Assembly (NCBI RefSeq): GCF_001194135.2
Contig: NC_068993.1
Location: 1,924,039-1,987,761 of the forward strand
Direction of reading: 5' to 3'
Origin: Octopus bimaculoides
Taxonomy: Eukaryota
Length of the DNA: 63,723 nt
Under the pieces are notes generated by a model. It saw nothing but the letters and a program-made list of their open reading frames with translations. It made no database searches and was not told where the DNA came from. Position numbers and translations under genes: made by a program. This document shows positions 39,162 through 51,948 of this stretch, piece after piece; position 1 is the stretch's first letter, and every line of letters starts with the position of its first letter.

Positions 39162-40560
39162 CTAAAGAAAATATAACAAGAAATCTTAAATTTTTTTTTA
39201 TATATGTAGACATGATATATTTTACTCAAGATTATGGAATTCTTATTCTCTTGAAATTTGCAAAGGAATGGTTCCTATTTTCTTTAACTACCTTTACCAT
39301 TTCCAAATTGCATTGTGTGTTGTTATATTGAACGCTAATCACGTTGTGCCAAGCCGTGTTTATGGTCGGAAGAAGCTGATATCTGGGGACAAGTTTTTCT
39401 CTGAATGCTATCAATCGTTTGAGGAATGGCGAATGCATGGCGGCTTAAACAATAAAGAGAAAAAGACATTTGTATGTATATGTCTCCACACAAACACACA
39501 TATACGCATACACACTTCCGCAGACACCTAGACGCACATACACACACAGACAATCATCTAACAAACGTTAACACATAACCATGCAAACAGATGTCTAACA
39601 TCCAATCTCATATCAACAGATTATCGCCCAGCTTTCAACGAGGATACTCATATGCAATATAAATATAAACACACCTTCAATACACTAAAATAAACAACGA
39701 TGCTGGGTGAATAAAAATACGAGAAGAGAAACATGAAAATGACGGACAAATGGAAGAAACAAGAAGAAAATAGATTCATAAAGAGAACATGGCCGTCATA
39801 TTATCGACAGCTATGGCTGTCTGTGAATGTAATCCACATTCTTTAGGGAAAAATTAAGATTGTTGCCATCAATGGAAGAAAACATTGAAGAAGAATAAAG
39901 TCAGAATCTATTTGATGGCTTCAGTGAAAGAATTTTATCAGGAAGGACAGTAGTGAGCTGAGAATTATGAAGGATTCCCGCCAAAGAAAAGGAAAATGGT
40001 GGTTAGAACGAAACGAAGGGATACATCATGTAATAAGTGGAATTAGACTATGATGACGCAAGATTTAAATTATCAACAAGTGGATGGATATAGAGTATTT
40101 CATATTTATTGGCTTCATAAATAAGTACAAGGGATTTATATATGTACACACACATACAGACATATACGTACTCACACAGACACTTATAACTTGCGCTTTT
40201 TCTTTCATTTATGCTTCTTTTACTTCACACTTTCTTTCCAGTTAACAGTGTCTTACTAACTAACACTTGCACAAACTTCTATCACTCTGCTACATTCCTC
40301 TTTGCTTCCTTCTACCTCATACCTGCGTCCGTTCCAATACCTTTATGCCCACAATTTTCTCTCTCAAACTTACTTATTGATTCCGAACATATACAAGAAA
40401 AAACACACTTCTCACTTACACCACTATATGTCCGCACTTGCACAATTTTACACTTATACACTTCCACTTCCAGTTATTAGCACATTAAATTAGCCTCATT
40501 TGTGATATTTTCTGTCATTAATCATAATGATGCATTTTTTCATAACTCTATACCTACTTT

Positions 40561-40614
<54 letters not shown>

Positions 40615-41574
40615 TATGCGTGTGTGGTGTATATACACACATGTTTCGTGCAGTCGGATAAACTATTAACCAATTTCTAAATTAGACAAAAAGCTGTTTA
40701 TAAATATACCCCTTTTTCCAATTCAACACTTTACATTGTGTACATTATTTACCGAAGGAAACAAACTGAGGCAGTTTACCGATATTGCATCAACGAAACC
40801 ATTTCCTTTTTGAATGAATTTTCCTGAAATTCCATCGCAGAGTTAAGGAGAAGCCAAACAACAGTAAGTGTGCTTCTTCAAGCATAGAGTATTGTGATGT
40901 TGGTTGAAATTCCATGCAATACATTGAGATGGAAATAATTAATCATTCAAATGAGACCGATTATATTTTCTATCAGCAGATGATATTTAATCTAATGGGA
41001 ATGCATTCTAGTGCCATCTCTAAGCATAGCTTTTCTATTTAAGCTAATCACAAACCTGTTCTATCTTACTTTAATGACTGGGGACAAAAGCTGTCAGGTG
41101 ATCTTCTAAGTATCTTTTTGACTTCTCTTTCGCGCCGCGTTAAGTAGCTAATTTTCTTTCCTCCCTGGCAGTTTTGAAACGCCTTTCAACAGATCGATCT
41201 TAATAAATAGTTATAACAACAGTTTCTCTGTATCCTTTATAGAACAATAAATCGTCATTTAATGAGATCGTTTGTCAACAAGCTGTTTAGGAGTGGGTAT
41301 TAGAAGCAAATAAGAGAATTGGTTTCCCCTTGAAAGCTTATCTCCACGCTAAATTTACTCATTATTTTCAAATACGCTATACGTCGCTGCAAAATAGGCA
41401 ACTCATCATCAGAGGCGTTGCTATTAAATTATTCAATACAGTTTTAATCATTATCAAAACTGATTTAATCATTCACACCGGCTTTTATGCATGTAGGCTT
41501 GTGCATGTGTGTCTGTGTATGCGTGTTTGAATGTGGTCAATGATTAGGATATCTTAAAGCTAGTATTACAAATA

Positions 41575-41682
41575 ATAACAATAATTATTATAATGATGAT
41601 GATAATAATAATAATAATAATGATAAAAATCATAATCATAATGGTAATAATAATAATGATAATAATAATGATAATAATAATG

Positions 41683-41759
<77 letters not shown>

Positions 41760-41760
41760 C
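41575..41760. repeat. (AAT)n/(GAT) microsatellite
   Basis: Direct reading; explains the poly-I ORFs. Confidence 0.97.
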
Positions 41761-42424
41761 ATTATCCTCATCCTAATCATAACACCATTTCAGTTTTGGT
41801 ACAAGGCCATCAATTTTGAAGGGTTAGGAAAGTCGATTACATGCGGCTTAATGCTTGGGTGGCACTTTATTTTATCAACACCGATAAGATGAAAGGTAAA
41901 GTTGACATTCACATGTATAGCAAACCACGAAGAACAGATCAGAGATGCAACCAAATAGAAGACCAATCCCATTTAAATGCCATCCAGTACCATCTATCAC
42001 CATTCATAGCAGTCCTATAAACGCGCTCTCGCGGGTCGCAACACGGGTCTTACTAAATTCAAACCACGACGAACAGAGGAGATGGCTTTGAGGTCGACGA
42101 CTTTAAACTTACGGAGACAACACTGGTATATCACATGAGGAAACACTACTAGATCTCATTATGCAAATAAACCGTTGCATAATCAACTACATTAATTCTT
42201 GGAGAACTACGTTGCATCAAAACAGTTGGAGTGAATAATAGATGTCTAACCGTACTCATTCTTCTTGACTGCAATTTCTTCAGTTATGTATGTATGTATG
42301 TATGTATGTATGTATGTATGTATGTATCTATCTATCTATCTCTCTCTATATATATGTATATGTATAAATATATATATATGCATATAATCACGCGTATATA
42401 TAAATATATAGATATAATATAAAT

Positions 42425-42439
<15 letters not shown>

Positions 42440-42463
<24 letters not shown>

Positions 42464-42465
42464 AT

Positions 42466-42542
<77 letters not shown>

Positions 42543-42840
42543 ACTCTCTATATATAATATATCATGATGACAAAATCAACGAAAGCGACGATGATGATGA
42601 TGATAATGATTATTTCGTTGTTGTTGATGATGAAGGTGATAGTGATGATGATGTGATGATGCTAATGATGAAATCAACAAGGATTACGATGACGACGATG
42701 ATGATAGTGATGGTGGTAATGATAATAACGAAGAAGACAATGATGATGATGATGAGGAGGAGGAGGAGGAGGAGGATTATGACAGCACCGACAGCGACGA
42801 CGGCAACGTTGATGATGACGACGACGATGTTGAGGAGGAT
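42440..42840. repeat. (TCTA)n plus GAT/GAC/GAG trinucleotide mosaic; similar mosaic at 43480-43870
   Basis: Low-complexity runs. Confidence 0.9.
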
Positions 42841-43635
42841 TTCCGCAATATCTTTTTCTTAATAAAATCATTCTGCTTTCAAACTTAACAGCCCCAAAAT
42901 AATAATAATAAAAAAAACCCAGAAGAAAAGCACAAAACCCCGAAACGCAACGGATGGAACTAAAATAATAGCACTCTATCACTTGGGCATGTATCATTTC
43001 TTAATTGCTCAAACTGCTTAAACTAAATATAAATCCAGGTATTCTACGAGCCAGCCCCCACCTCCAGACCGGACGTGCAAGAGGGTGTGGCATAATGCTG
43101 GGGCGGTGGTGGTGGTGGTGGTGGGTGAACAATGAATAAAATATAGTAAAGAGAAATAAACGAACGTCTCATACCTGGAAAAATATTAAAAATTATATAA
43201 AAATTACGAATATTCGAAAAAGAAAAAGAAAGAAATATATATAAAAATCCTACATAAAAATGTTAGATATTTGAAGAATTTCAGCTGTGAAAGAGATAAT
43301 TCTGGATAAGAACGGCTCTTAGTTTGTTGTATTGCACCTGGTCTTTTTCATAAAACATTCATCGTTCGATAATGAATAAGAAAAAAAAAAATAAATATGA
43401 AAATATATAAAAATATACTTAAAAAAAAACTACCACCTTAGCTCTTCCATCCCCACTACTATTATTATTTTCAGCTTCATCGCTATTACGACGACGACGA
43501 CGAACACCACCACCACCACCACCACCACCTCTATCACCATCACCACCATCACCACGACCACCACCACTACCACGAGCAGCACCACCATCAACACCACCAC
43601 TACGACGATGACCATCCTCACCACCACCATCACCT

Positions 43636-43690
<55 letters not shown>

Positions 43691-44339
43691 GTCGACAGTT
43701 TGAGAGAACATATCACAATTTCTGGAGTCAAGGCTGCACCTCAGTTTGCGCATTATATAATGACCACGACAACGATAGAAAAAGAAAAGGAAAGTGATGA
43801 TGATGATAATGATGATGATGATGATGAGGATGATGAGGATGATGAGGATGAAGATGCTGGTGAGATGATGATAATGTATCGTGTTAATTTATTTGATTTG
43901 ATTTTTTTTGTCTGAAGATGAAAAAGAAGAAAAAGTTTATGATAAAGAAAGAGAAAAAGAACGATAACAACCACAACAGCATCAGCAATAACAACAGCTG
44001 CAACAATAAAATAAGGGAATGAAAGACACAGTTGAGTCGTTATATAAATATATTTAGCTTGGGCAATCCGAGTTCTAATTCTAACCGTACCCCACTAACA
44101 ACAGCTCTTTAAAACTAAAGAACCCTTGAGTCGAGGCCGGAAATCCTTCTTCTTCGTATTAGTTGTTGTTGCTGTTGTTGTTGTGCTATGACTCATCGGG
44201 TCATGGTTATTGCTTTTATTGTCCATTCCCTAATACAGTTCTGTGAATTATTCTAATAGCAGTGCAGCAACGACTTAAACTAAACGAAAAGCAGTATTTC
44301 TCATCGTATATCAACTTTTTTGTGAGTTTTGTTTTTGAA

Positions 44340-44650
44340 ATGGTAAGTTCTGAGTGAGCATTGGGACCAACGCTTAATGTTCCTCTTGAACAGATATGAT
44401 TTGAAGACAACATGAATAACAATAGTGAGGAGAAAATTCCAGAGGGTCGACGTTCGCGGATGGACACCCACTTCGGGAGCGGAGAATGAGTGGGGATGAG
44501 GAAGTCGGGCGGACTTGGCCGGGAGTGTTTACAAGACCAGGCAATGTCGTGGTTCAAAGGTCACTTAAGTAGCAAGTAGAAGAGGTACAATACGCGGATG
44601 GTATTCCTTAGGGGTTGGAAATTGAAAGGTGGGAGTGTGACGTCAAGTTG
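44340..44650. promoter_or_regulatory. CpG-enriched promoter-like patch
   Basis: Local CpG excess at 44448-44525. GC-box GGGCGGACT (44507), ETS-type AGGAAGT (44499), palindromic CRE TGACGTCA (44638-44645). Strong + strand donor ATG|GTAAGT at 44342/44343. Confidence 0.35.
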
Positions 44651-45002
44651 ATAAGGCCGTTTGATATTTCTGGTATATGATTGAATATGTATATATGCAT
44701 AGCAGCAGCATAGTAACACACGTGGAAACAGTATTTATTATATATTCCGCTATTTGGTTGCTGTTTCACAGGAGTCTATCTGTTATCAGCAATTAAATAT
44801 AAATGTAAGTTTACACCAACTATTGCTGCACTAACTAACCTAACTTTAAAAATATATGCTGCTATAAAAGAACTTACATAGAAAAATAATTTCGTATTCT
44901 TCAAAATCTATTCTTTCCAACACAATTTATTTTTATAAAACAAGCAAAAAAACAACCCGGTAAAGTAATCATATAATGCAGTTACTTATGTATCCAGCTG
45001 AA

Positions 45003-45253
45003 ATTATTGCCTCCTTTAGAAGGCGGCGAGCTGGCAAAAGCGTCAGCGAGCTGAACGAAATGTTTAGAGGTATATCGCCCGTCGCTACGTTCTGGGTTCA
45101 AATTCCGCCGAGGTCAACTTTGTCTTTCAACCTTTCAGGGTCGATAAATTAAGTACCAGTTGAACAATGGGAATCGATGTAATCGACCAATCCCCTTCCC
45201 AACGATTACAGACATTGTGTCTATAGTAGAAAGGATTATTGGCTCCTTTAGAA
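45003..45253 (+). mobile_element. Full-length SINE family A (45022-45234) with 19-bp TSD
   Basis: ATTATTG[C/G]CTCCTTTAGAA at 45003-45021 and 45235-45253 (1 mismatch). tRNA-like head with B-box GGGTTCAAATTCC. Confidence 0.92.
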
Positions 45254-45282
45254 AAGCACGTTTAAAATATTAAAATATTTAC

Positions 45283-45390
45283 AGGTGTGGCTGTGTGGTA
45301 AGAAGTTTGCTCCTCAACCAAATGGTTCTGCGTTCAGTCCCACTGCGTGGCACCTTGGACAAGTGCCCTCTGGTATAGTCTCGGGCAGCC
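45283..45390 (+). mobile_element. SINE family B head
   Basis: GGCTGTGTGGTAAGAAGTTTGC..GTTCAGTCCCACTGCGTGGCACCTTGG. Confidence 0.88.
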
Positions 45391-45466
45391 TTGATACGGA
45401 ATAAATATTGTAAAGTATTTTATTCAATGTTCCAACAACCAGTGAACTCAATGCTTGAAACGATAT

Positions 45467-45612
45467 CGTATTTTATGGACCCCCGATGGAGGCGAGGCAA
45501 AAAAGACCTCAACAAGATTTGAACCCAGAAAATTAAGAGCAAAATAAATAAATAGATGAACGGAAAGAAATTTTGCCTGACGCTCTACCGGTTCTGCAAT
45601 TTCATTGCCTTA
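45467..45612 (-). mobile_element. SINE family A, degraded
   Basis: TTTTATGGACCCC..GAGGCAAAAAAGACCTC..GATTTGAACCCAGAA..ATTTTGCCTGACGCTC. Confidence 0.55.
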
Positions 45613-45961
45613 AATCTCCCTCTGGAGCTGTTTCAAATCTAGAAACAACAATCAAGGGAGATAACCCAAACAAAACGAATTGATCGAAGCATTTGGACAT
45701 TCTAATAACTACAGATGAATGTAGATCTTGTCTATAATACTTACTGGTGATTATGACTCTCACGTTTCGGTCTTTTTATTGTTCATCAAACAAAAGTATT
45801 CTATTCAGTTGACAGGATTTAGAACTGCTTCATACACACACACGTTAGTTTTCTAATACCTCGCTCAAACCACTTCTATCACCTCCATTATTGAGAAAGG
45901 AATTCTGTGAATAGCGACCATGACACAGCGTATAATCAAACTGGTAGTGGGAATGAGGAAT

Positions 45962-45995
<34 letters not shown>

Positions 45996-46495
45996 GAAGA
46001 CATAGAAAAAGGTGGAAACAATAGACACCCTAGGAAAGAAGAAATGTGGATACGAGGGAGGTGAGATTTGAGCCAAGAGCGGAGATTATCGTAACGAATA
46101 CGTAAAGATATGCTCTTCGACTCAGCGAATTCAATGACTGTTTATATAGAATTGAGATATAAATAATTTTAACTGGGAAATCTATTGTTTCTTGTCTCTA
46201 TTTCATCAGATAGAACAGTTATATTTCAATATAATAGACTCAAGGAGAAATCTCTAGGTAATGATACAGATTATTGAATAATTTCTTTTCTATGTCTCTC
46301 TGATTGTGTCTTATTCTCTACTCCTCTCTCTCTCTCCCTCTCTCTCTTGCTCTGTGTTATTCTCTATCTTTCTCTTCCCCCTTTTCTCTCTGTAGACGGC
46401 GGGGAGGGGGAACACACTGGCTCAACCATCAGTTTTGGCTTCGTTTCAGTCGTTTTTTTAAGACTGCGTAATGATGGCGCTTCTACATAGCTACA

Positions 46496-46611
<116 letters not shown>

Positions 46612-46649
46612 ACTCATTTTCATGTATTTATGTAAGCATGTATATGTAT

Positions 46650-46680
<31 letters not shown>

Positions 46681-48329
46681 CTGTATCTGTCAATCTATTA
46701 AACAGTCTCTCATTCTATGTATGTGCGTATACAAGTATGCTATTGTTAGAGAAAGATGGAGAAGGAGAAAGACCGAGGACGAGAGAGAGAAAGACTGAGA
46801 GGGATATATAGATAGATAGATAGATAGAAAGAGAGGGAGAGAAAGAGAAGGAATGAGAAAGAAAATGTGAGAGAAAGGTACGAAACTTACATATAGAAAC
46901 AGGAACAATGGTGGGAGAATGAGAGGGTAAAATATAATACGTGAGAATGACATAGATTGAGAAAGAGTAAAGTGGGAGGTAGTTATTGAGAGACGCAAAA
47001 CAGACATAAAAATATGACTTGAAAAAAAAAATACAAGAACACAGTTGAAAGAAAGAGTGTAGGGGAAACGAAGATAGGAAATGAACAAAGAGAAGAGTGT
47101 AAGAAAGAGAGATGGTGTGATAGGCAGAGAGAGAGAAAAAGAGAAAAGGAGAGCGAGAGAGTGTAACGAGAGTAAAGAGAGCGAAATAAGGGAGATAATG
47201 TTTGAGATATTTTGACAAGTGATTTATGAGAAGTGCAAGTCATGTGTTGTTTTCCCTTGTGGCAAAAAGGTTAATTCTCCCATGTAAAAGAATTCCATTA
47301 AGAGATTGCTTCCCGAATTCTCACCAGATTTCATTCAGTATATTGCAACGAAAATGCTGATTGTCTTTTATTTTTACCATTTTCCTTCCAATCCTACACT
47401 ACCATCCCCGTCTCCGCCACCAGAAGATTGTTGCCAGTCATTAGACGGTATTTTCAGATATATGAAAACAGCATTGCAATAGCAAGAATTCTAATGATAA
47501 CAAAAAATATTGCCAATAAATTCTTGCTTTGTTTTTACGTACATTCTCTTATCGGAGCCGGGTTTTTTTGATCTCATAATGTTTTTGTTTTATTTTTTAT
47601 TTTTCCATTTCTGTTTCTATTTTATATTCATGTAAACCGTGTATCAAGCATTTCTACCTCTTCAGAACAAATATGGCGAAATTGTGACTGAAAAAACAAC
47701 AATAACATAAAGAGGGACAATAACAAAAGCAACAAACACTTAACTATTTTCAAATTATAGCATAAGTATAGCGATCCTTTGGGAGAGAAACTCTGATGTG
47801 TATTTTTGACAATTCTCTCATTTCTGAATTACATCAACGGTCACGATCTATTTACGATTTTTTCCCAGTGGAAATTACAAACTGCCTTGCAGAAAATGCC
47901 AAAATATATGGCTTACATACTAATCAGTTAAAGATAATTTGAGTTATTTAAGGCCGTTTTGTTACGGCAATTTGGTGGTAAATATTCAAAAGAAAATCTA
48001 TATTACCAAGAGAATGATGTAAAGAATAAAACAACACAGAAAAAAACAGAACAAAAAGAATGATTAATAAATAATAAGTGACACTTGCTAATATATTTCG
48101 AGGAATTTATTCTTTAATACAAATGTCCTATTTTTATATCGTATCGGAACTGAAAAGATTTCAAACGTTTTATATAGACTTTTATTTTACTTAAATGCCA
48201 TGTATTTACATATTCGAGCGCGCGCACACACACACACACGTGCATGCACACACATACACACACACACACCCACACACACACACACATTTGTATGTATCTA
48301 TGTATGTATGTAAAGTATATATAAATATA

Positions 48330-48379
<50 letters not shown>

Positions 48380-48426
48380 CACATACACATACACATTTAT
48401 ATGTATATAAATATATATATATATAT

Positions 48427-48530
48427 GCGCAGGCATGGCTGTGTGGTAAGTAGCTTACTTACCAACCACATGGTTCCGGATTCAGTCCCATTGCGTGGTA
48501 CCTTGGGCAAGTGTCTTCTACTATAGCCTC
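48427..48530 (+). mobile_element. SINE family B head, well preserved
   Basis: GCGCAGGCATGGCTGTGTGGTAAGTAGC..GATTCAGTCCC..CCTTGGGCAAGTGTCTTCTACTATAGCCTC. Confidence 0.9.
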
Positions 48531-48629
48531 TACTATATATGGTTATAGTCTCGTCTATATCCCTCCCTGCCGCCATCCAACCAACCAACCAACCAACCAC
48601 ACATACATACATATCTTCTATTTTTTTAA

Positions 48630-48765
48630 TCTTTTACTTGTTTCAGTCATTCGACTGCGGCCATACTGGGGCGCTGTCTTGAGGAATTTTGTCTTTTAAT
48701 CAAATGACTCGATCACTGTACATTTTTCTTGTTAAGCCTGGTACTTATTCAATCTGTCTTTCTGT
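48630..48765 (-). mobile_element. SINE family B distal fragment
   Basis: CTTTTACTTGTTTCAGTCATTCGACTGCGGCCATACTGG..AAGCCTGGTACTTATTC. Confidence 0.8.
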
Positions 48766-50665
48766 CATCTGTGATTTTATTTTTGATCTTCTATATAAAT
48801 GAAGATATTTCCTCTGACTGGCTGTTTTTGTCTCTACAAAACGGAAAGTTACATTGCGGAACAGTTGTATTTATTTATCGCCGACGAGATACATCTGCAC
48901 CACCGGATGCTCCTGAACCAGTTGTTGAGTGTCCCACCCAAGAGGAATCGAAGGTAGATGTGTCGAACAAATTGTTGTGATTAATGATAAATTCTCGTAT
49001 ATTCCATCTGTCTTTTATTTGCTAAATATATATATTACTCAAAGATATTCTAGCTTTGATTTTCACGCTTTATTTACAGTCTTATAATAATATAATATAT
49101 AATGAAATTATAGAATATTAAATGTCCATTCTGATTGAACTATTACTTTCATGCGTTAAACTATGCAATCTTCAGTTTCATATAATAGTAGTGACTGTTA
49201 TGTTTTACTATTTACAACGGTAGTGAGATGGCTAAACTATGAGCCTTAAATATATTTGTATTGGCTAGAGAATGTTAATTTTTGCAAATTGCATTCTGCC
49301 CAATCAGTGTGTGATTTTATTAAATTACTTAAGTTTATTGGTGTTTGGTTTAGGCATCACGGTCTGTTGAACATGTCAAGAGCCCTGTATTTTGACCCTG
49401 GTCAAAGCAGTAATCGTTGGGCTATTTTTAGAAATGTTCTAAACAACATTTCCCAGGGATTTTTACATATAGTTGGTGAAGGAACTTCTTACCATCTAGC
49501 CACGCCTACGCCGATATGTATACACTCTCCCCCGTGTTTGTATAAGAGACATAAACATGCATATATATATATATATANNNNNNNNNNNNNNNNNNNNNNN
49601 NNNNNNNNNNNNNNNNNNNNNNNNNNNNNNNNNNNNNNNNNNNNNNNNNNNNNNNNNNNNNNNNNNNNNNNNNNNNNNNNNNNNNNNNNNNNNNNNNNNN
49701 NNNNNNNNNNNNNNNNNNNNNNNNNNNNNNNNNNNNNNNNNNNNNNNNNNNNNNNNNNNNNNNNNNNNNNNNNACAGAGGTTTATTAATTTATTAGATGT
49801 CGAGCTACATAATAGAATCAAGGGCTCAGAGTTCCGTGCAAGGCATTAATAAAACTATATAAGTCAACACGCTGCAGAAACATACAAGTCGGTCTTTCCT
49901 TTGTTCTTTATCTGTAAAACCAATATTTCCTCTGAACATGGATAAATCACGTGCAACTCAAACAAATGTACCCAAGCAATGTTCAAAGCCAGTCCTAAAT
50001 GGTATACTTAATCAATATGTGTTGAAATAAAACTTGGGTTTCCGAGAATAAAAATATTGATTAATTTTATGTGAAGGGAAAAGATGGAGAACCTTGTGTG
50101 ATTTAGTGGTTCACACTCGTTCCCCCTTAGTAAAAAAGACGTGGTTTGGTGCTTGTCCAAAAACGCCGTGTTCAAATATATTTGCATCGGTTTCTATGAC
50201 AGTATTCGGTTAGATGTCTTTACAATTCGTTTGGAAATCCATCAGCGTTGCGGATGACACCAGGCAGCCCTAAATGTGCCACTGCTCTACTCAACACTTC
50301 AACACTCTAATCGACATATACCCATTAGTCCAAAATGTTAAATATATATATATGACAATGACCTTTTTTGTGTATACAGTCTGCGACAGACCATATCTCT
50401 CTTTGGCTGGCCTTAGATCTTATCTGCGAATGCATGGAAAACGAACCTCCACCAACTAATCTGACTATATATNNNNNNNNNNNNNNNNNNNNNNNNNNNN
50501 NNNNNNNNNNNNNNNNNNNNNNNNNNNNNNNNNNNNNNNNNNNNNNNNNNNNNNNNNNNNNNNNNNNNNNNNNNNNNNNNNNNNNNNNNNNNNNNNNNNN
50601 NNNNNNNNNNNNNNNNNNNNNNNNNNNNNNNNNNNNNNNNNNNNNNNNNNNNNNNNNNNNNNNNN

Positions 50666-50724
<59 letters not shown>

Positions 50725-51459
50725 TTGTCTGTCTATTTAGAGGTGCGCACGTATGTCAGTATGAAAGTGAATGTGTGTGTGTGTGTGTGTGTGGAAGTGT
50801 GTGTTATCTGAATGCACATATGTGTCACCTAACGGATGGAATATATATTCAGATGTCAGACCAGCTTTTGATAATTACGCTTCCAAGTAAGAGTCACTGC
50901 AAATTGAACTCTTGGAGATGAATGATTGACCTCATCTCCTCCATTAATCTTACCATTTGGATACTTTCAATGTCTCCTGAAAGTCTGCGAGCACAAAGAA
51001 TATCAGCATTGAATTTAATTGATTATCTTGAGCTTGTGATGTTTAACGCTCTGCCACCTACTGCATAGGTAGTAAAAAGAGAATTACTGGTAGCTAGCTA
51101 ACATAAATTAATTACTTCAACCTCTGACACATCGGCCGCCATGTCACATGAAACTAATATATAACCTTTCCGTGGCTAGCACAACAGTCTCTCAAGGTTA
51201 TAAAATTTTATTCTCCGTCCTTTACTGAATCTTCTAATAACAGATATCTTTGTTATAAAGCATTGTTCAGTTAATTAGTGTCTGATCTGATATAATTTTA
51301 ATTTATGATTTTTTTCTAGATTGTCGTTGGATTTGGATTTCTACCAAATTAAGATCTAAATTAACACCCTTCATCATCTACTTCTTTTCTTATTTCTTTT
51401 ATTAAATTGTTCTCATGGAATGTCTTCGAGTTACACTTGAAATCAAAAGTATGTCTTGC

Positions 51460-51665
51460 ACAAGCCAACGGGGGACCCTCTACTCTATCTCTTGGTTTTC
51501 AAGAAAGAACAGCAGCGTTCCCCCAACCCTGGCTTTAACGCTTTAAAAAAGGAGGGATATCATGGAGAATGTAGTTGTAGATATACAGATGTGATGGTCA
51601 GAGCTGGAAGGACTTTGCTCATAAGCCTGTTCCATGAAGCTGACCTCTGGCTAAACAACAACAAA
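51460..51665 (+). mobile_element. Repeat family F copy with (AAC)n tail
   Basis: GATGGTCAGAGCTGGAAGGACTTTGCTCATAAG..GCTGACCTCTGGCTAAACAACAACAA; related to 11345, 23475 and 55245. Confidence 0.55.
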
Positions 51666-51729
51666 AGCAGGTACATTTACCGAAACGGGGCCAGAATAAA
51701 TTTTGCTCTTAGTCCATTGATCTGAGATA

Positions 51730-51948
51730 AGCGGCGAACCGGTGGAATCGTTAGCACGCCGGGCAAAAAGCTTAGCAGAATTACGTACGTCTTCACGTTC
51801 TGAGTTCTAATTCCGCCGAGGTCGACTTTACCTTTCACCCTTTCGTGGTCGACAGAATAAGTATCAGTTGAGCACTGGAGTTGATGTACTCGACCTATCC
51901 TCTCTCCTGAAATTGCTGGCCTTGTGCTAAAATTTGAAATCAATATTT
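51730..51948 (+). mobile_element. SINE family A, near full length
   Basis: Head ..GGAATCGTTAGCACGCCGGGC, B-box GAGTTCTAATTCC, core GTCGACTTTACCTTTCACCCTTTCG, tail GCTGGCCTTGTGCTAAAATTTGAAA. Confidence 0.92.

Noticed and set aside
39770-40060. Possible RTE-LINE C-terminal remnant; possible CR1-like remnant at 7340-7570 (-)
   Set aside because: Only vague motif echoes requiring many frameshifts; needs a profile search.
45760-45795. Hammerhead-like UUGAUGA...GAAACGUG on the minus strand
   Set aside because: No stem II pairing, C3 mutated, and the triplet ends in G; at best a relic.
49470-49530. Minus-strand donor ATG|GTAAGA suggesting an exon
   Set aside because: It is a degraded family B SINE head (GGCGTAGGCGTGGCTAGATGGTAAGAAG).
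51540-51665. Minus-strand acceptor TTGTTGTTGTTTAG with open frames
   Set aside because: It is the complement of the (AAC)n tail of repeat family F.
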